Below are positions 16,082 through 16,180 of a stretch of 16,180 nt of DNA, piece by piece; position 1 is the stretch's first letter; the number at the start of each line of letters is the position of its first letter. The translations under genes and the position numbers were made by a program. The notes beneath the pieces were generated by a model, which had not been told where the DNA came from, searched no databases, and saw nothing but the letters and a program-made list of their open reading frames with translations. Origin of the DNA: Candidatus Woesearchaeota archaeon (GTDB lineage: Archaea > Nanobdellota > Nanobdellia > Woesearchaeales > CAZJJJ01); NCBI GenBank assembly GCA_046538795.1, contig JBKHIF010000029.1:1-16180 (forward strand), read 5' to 3'.

Positions 16082-16180
16082 ATTTTACCTCATCTGGCAG
16101 CAAATCATCTCTTTGATATCGCATCACAAAACATCTTAATCAAAAATCAAAATAATTTATTTATAAATTTTGTTTTTAAT

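Overview
AT-rich archaeal window, most likely from a DPANN lineage such as Woesearchaeota/Pacearchaeota. This is inferred from the gene families, the class III signal peptides and TATA boxes lying about 23-31 nt before start codons. The left 9.2 kb is a minus-strand cell-surface cluster: two pilin-like proteins with class III signal peptides and two large paralogous secreted proteins (968 and 1718 aa). Both large proteins share a choice-of-anchor-X-like motif and Ig/FN3-like modules, and the larger one adds a long Cys/Asp-rich repeat region. Next come a methyltransferase-like ORF, an apparently orphan His-Xaa-Ser-repeat (HxsA-like) precursor peptide and a membrane-anchored hypothetical protein. 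These are followed by a tandem pair of HIT-fold proteins that both lack the catalytic His, an A24 prepilin peptidase and a divergent cis-prenyltransferase homologue lacking its catalytic motif. The window ends with a 448-aa protein built from nine regular 31-aa mTERF/TALE-like helical repeats, a membrane-anchored Holliday-junction-resolvase-like nuclease and a hypothetical protein. The most striking items are the mTERF-like repeat array, the His-Xaa-Ser peptide with a pilin-like leader, and three pseudoenzymes around the prepilin peptidase. No RNA genes, CRISPR arrays or mobile elements were recognised. All family assignments are by eye from motifs; no searches were run.
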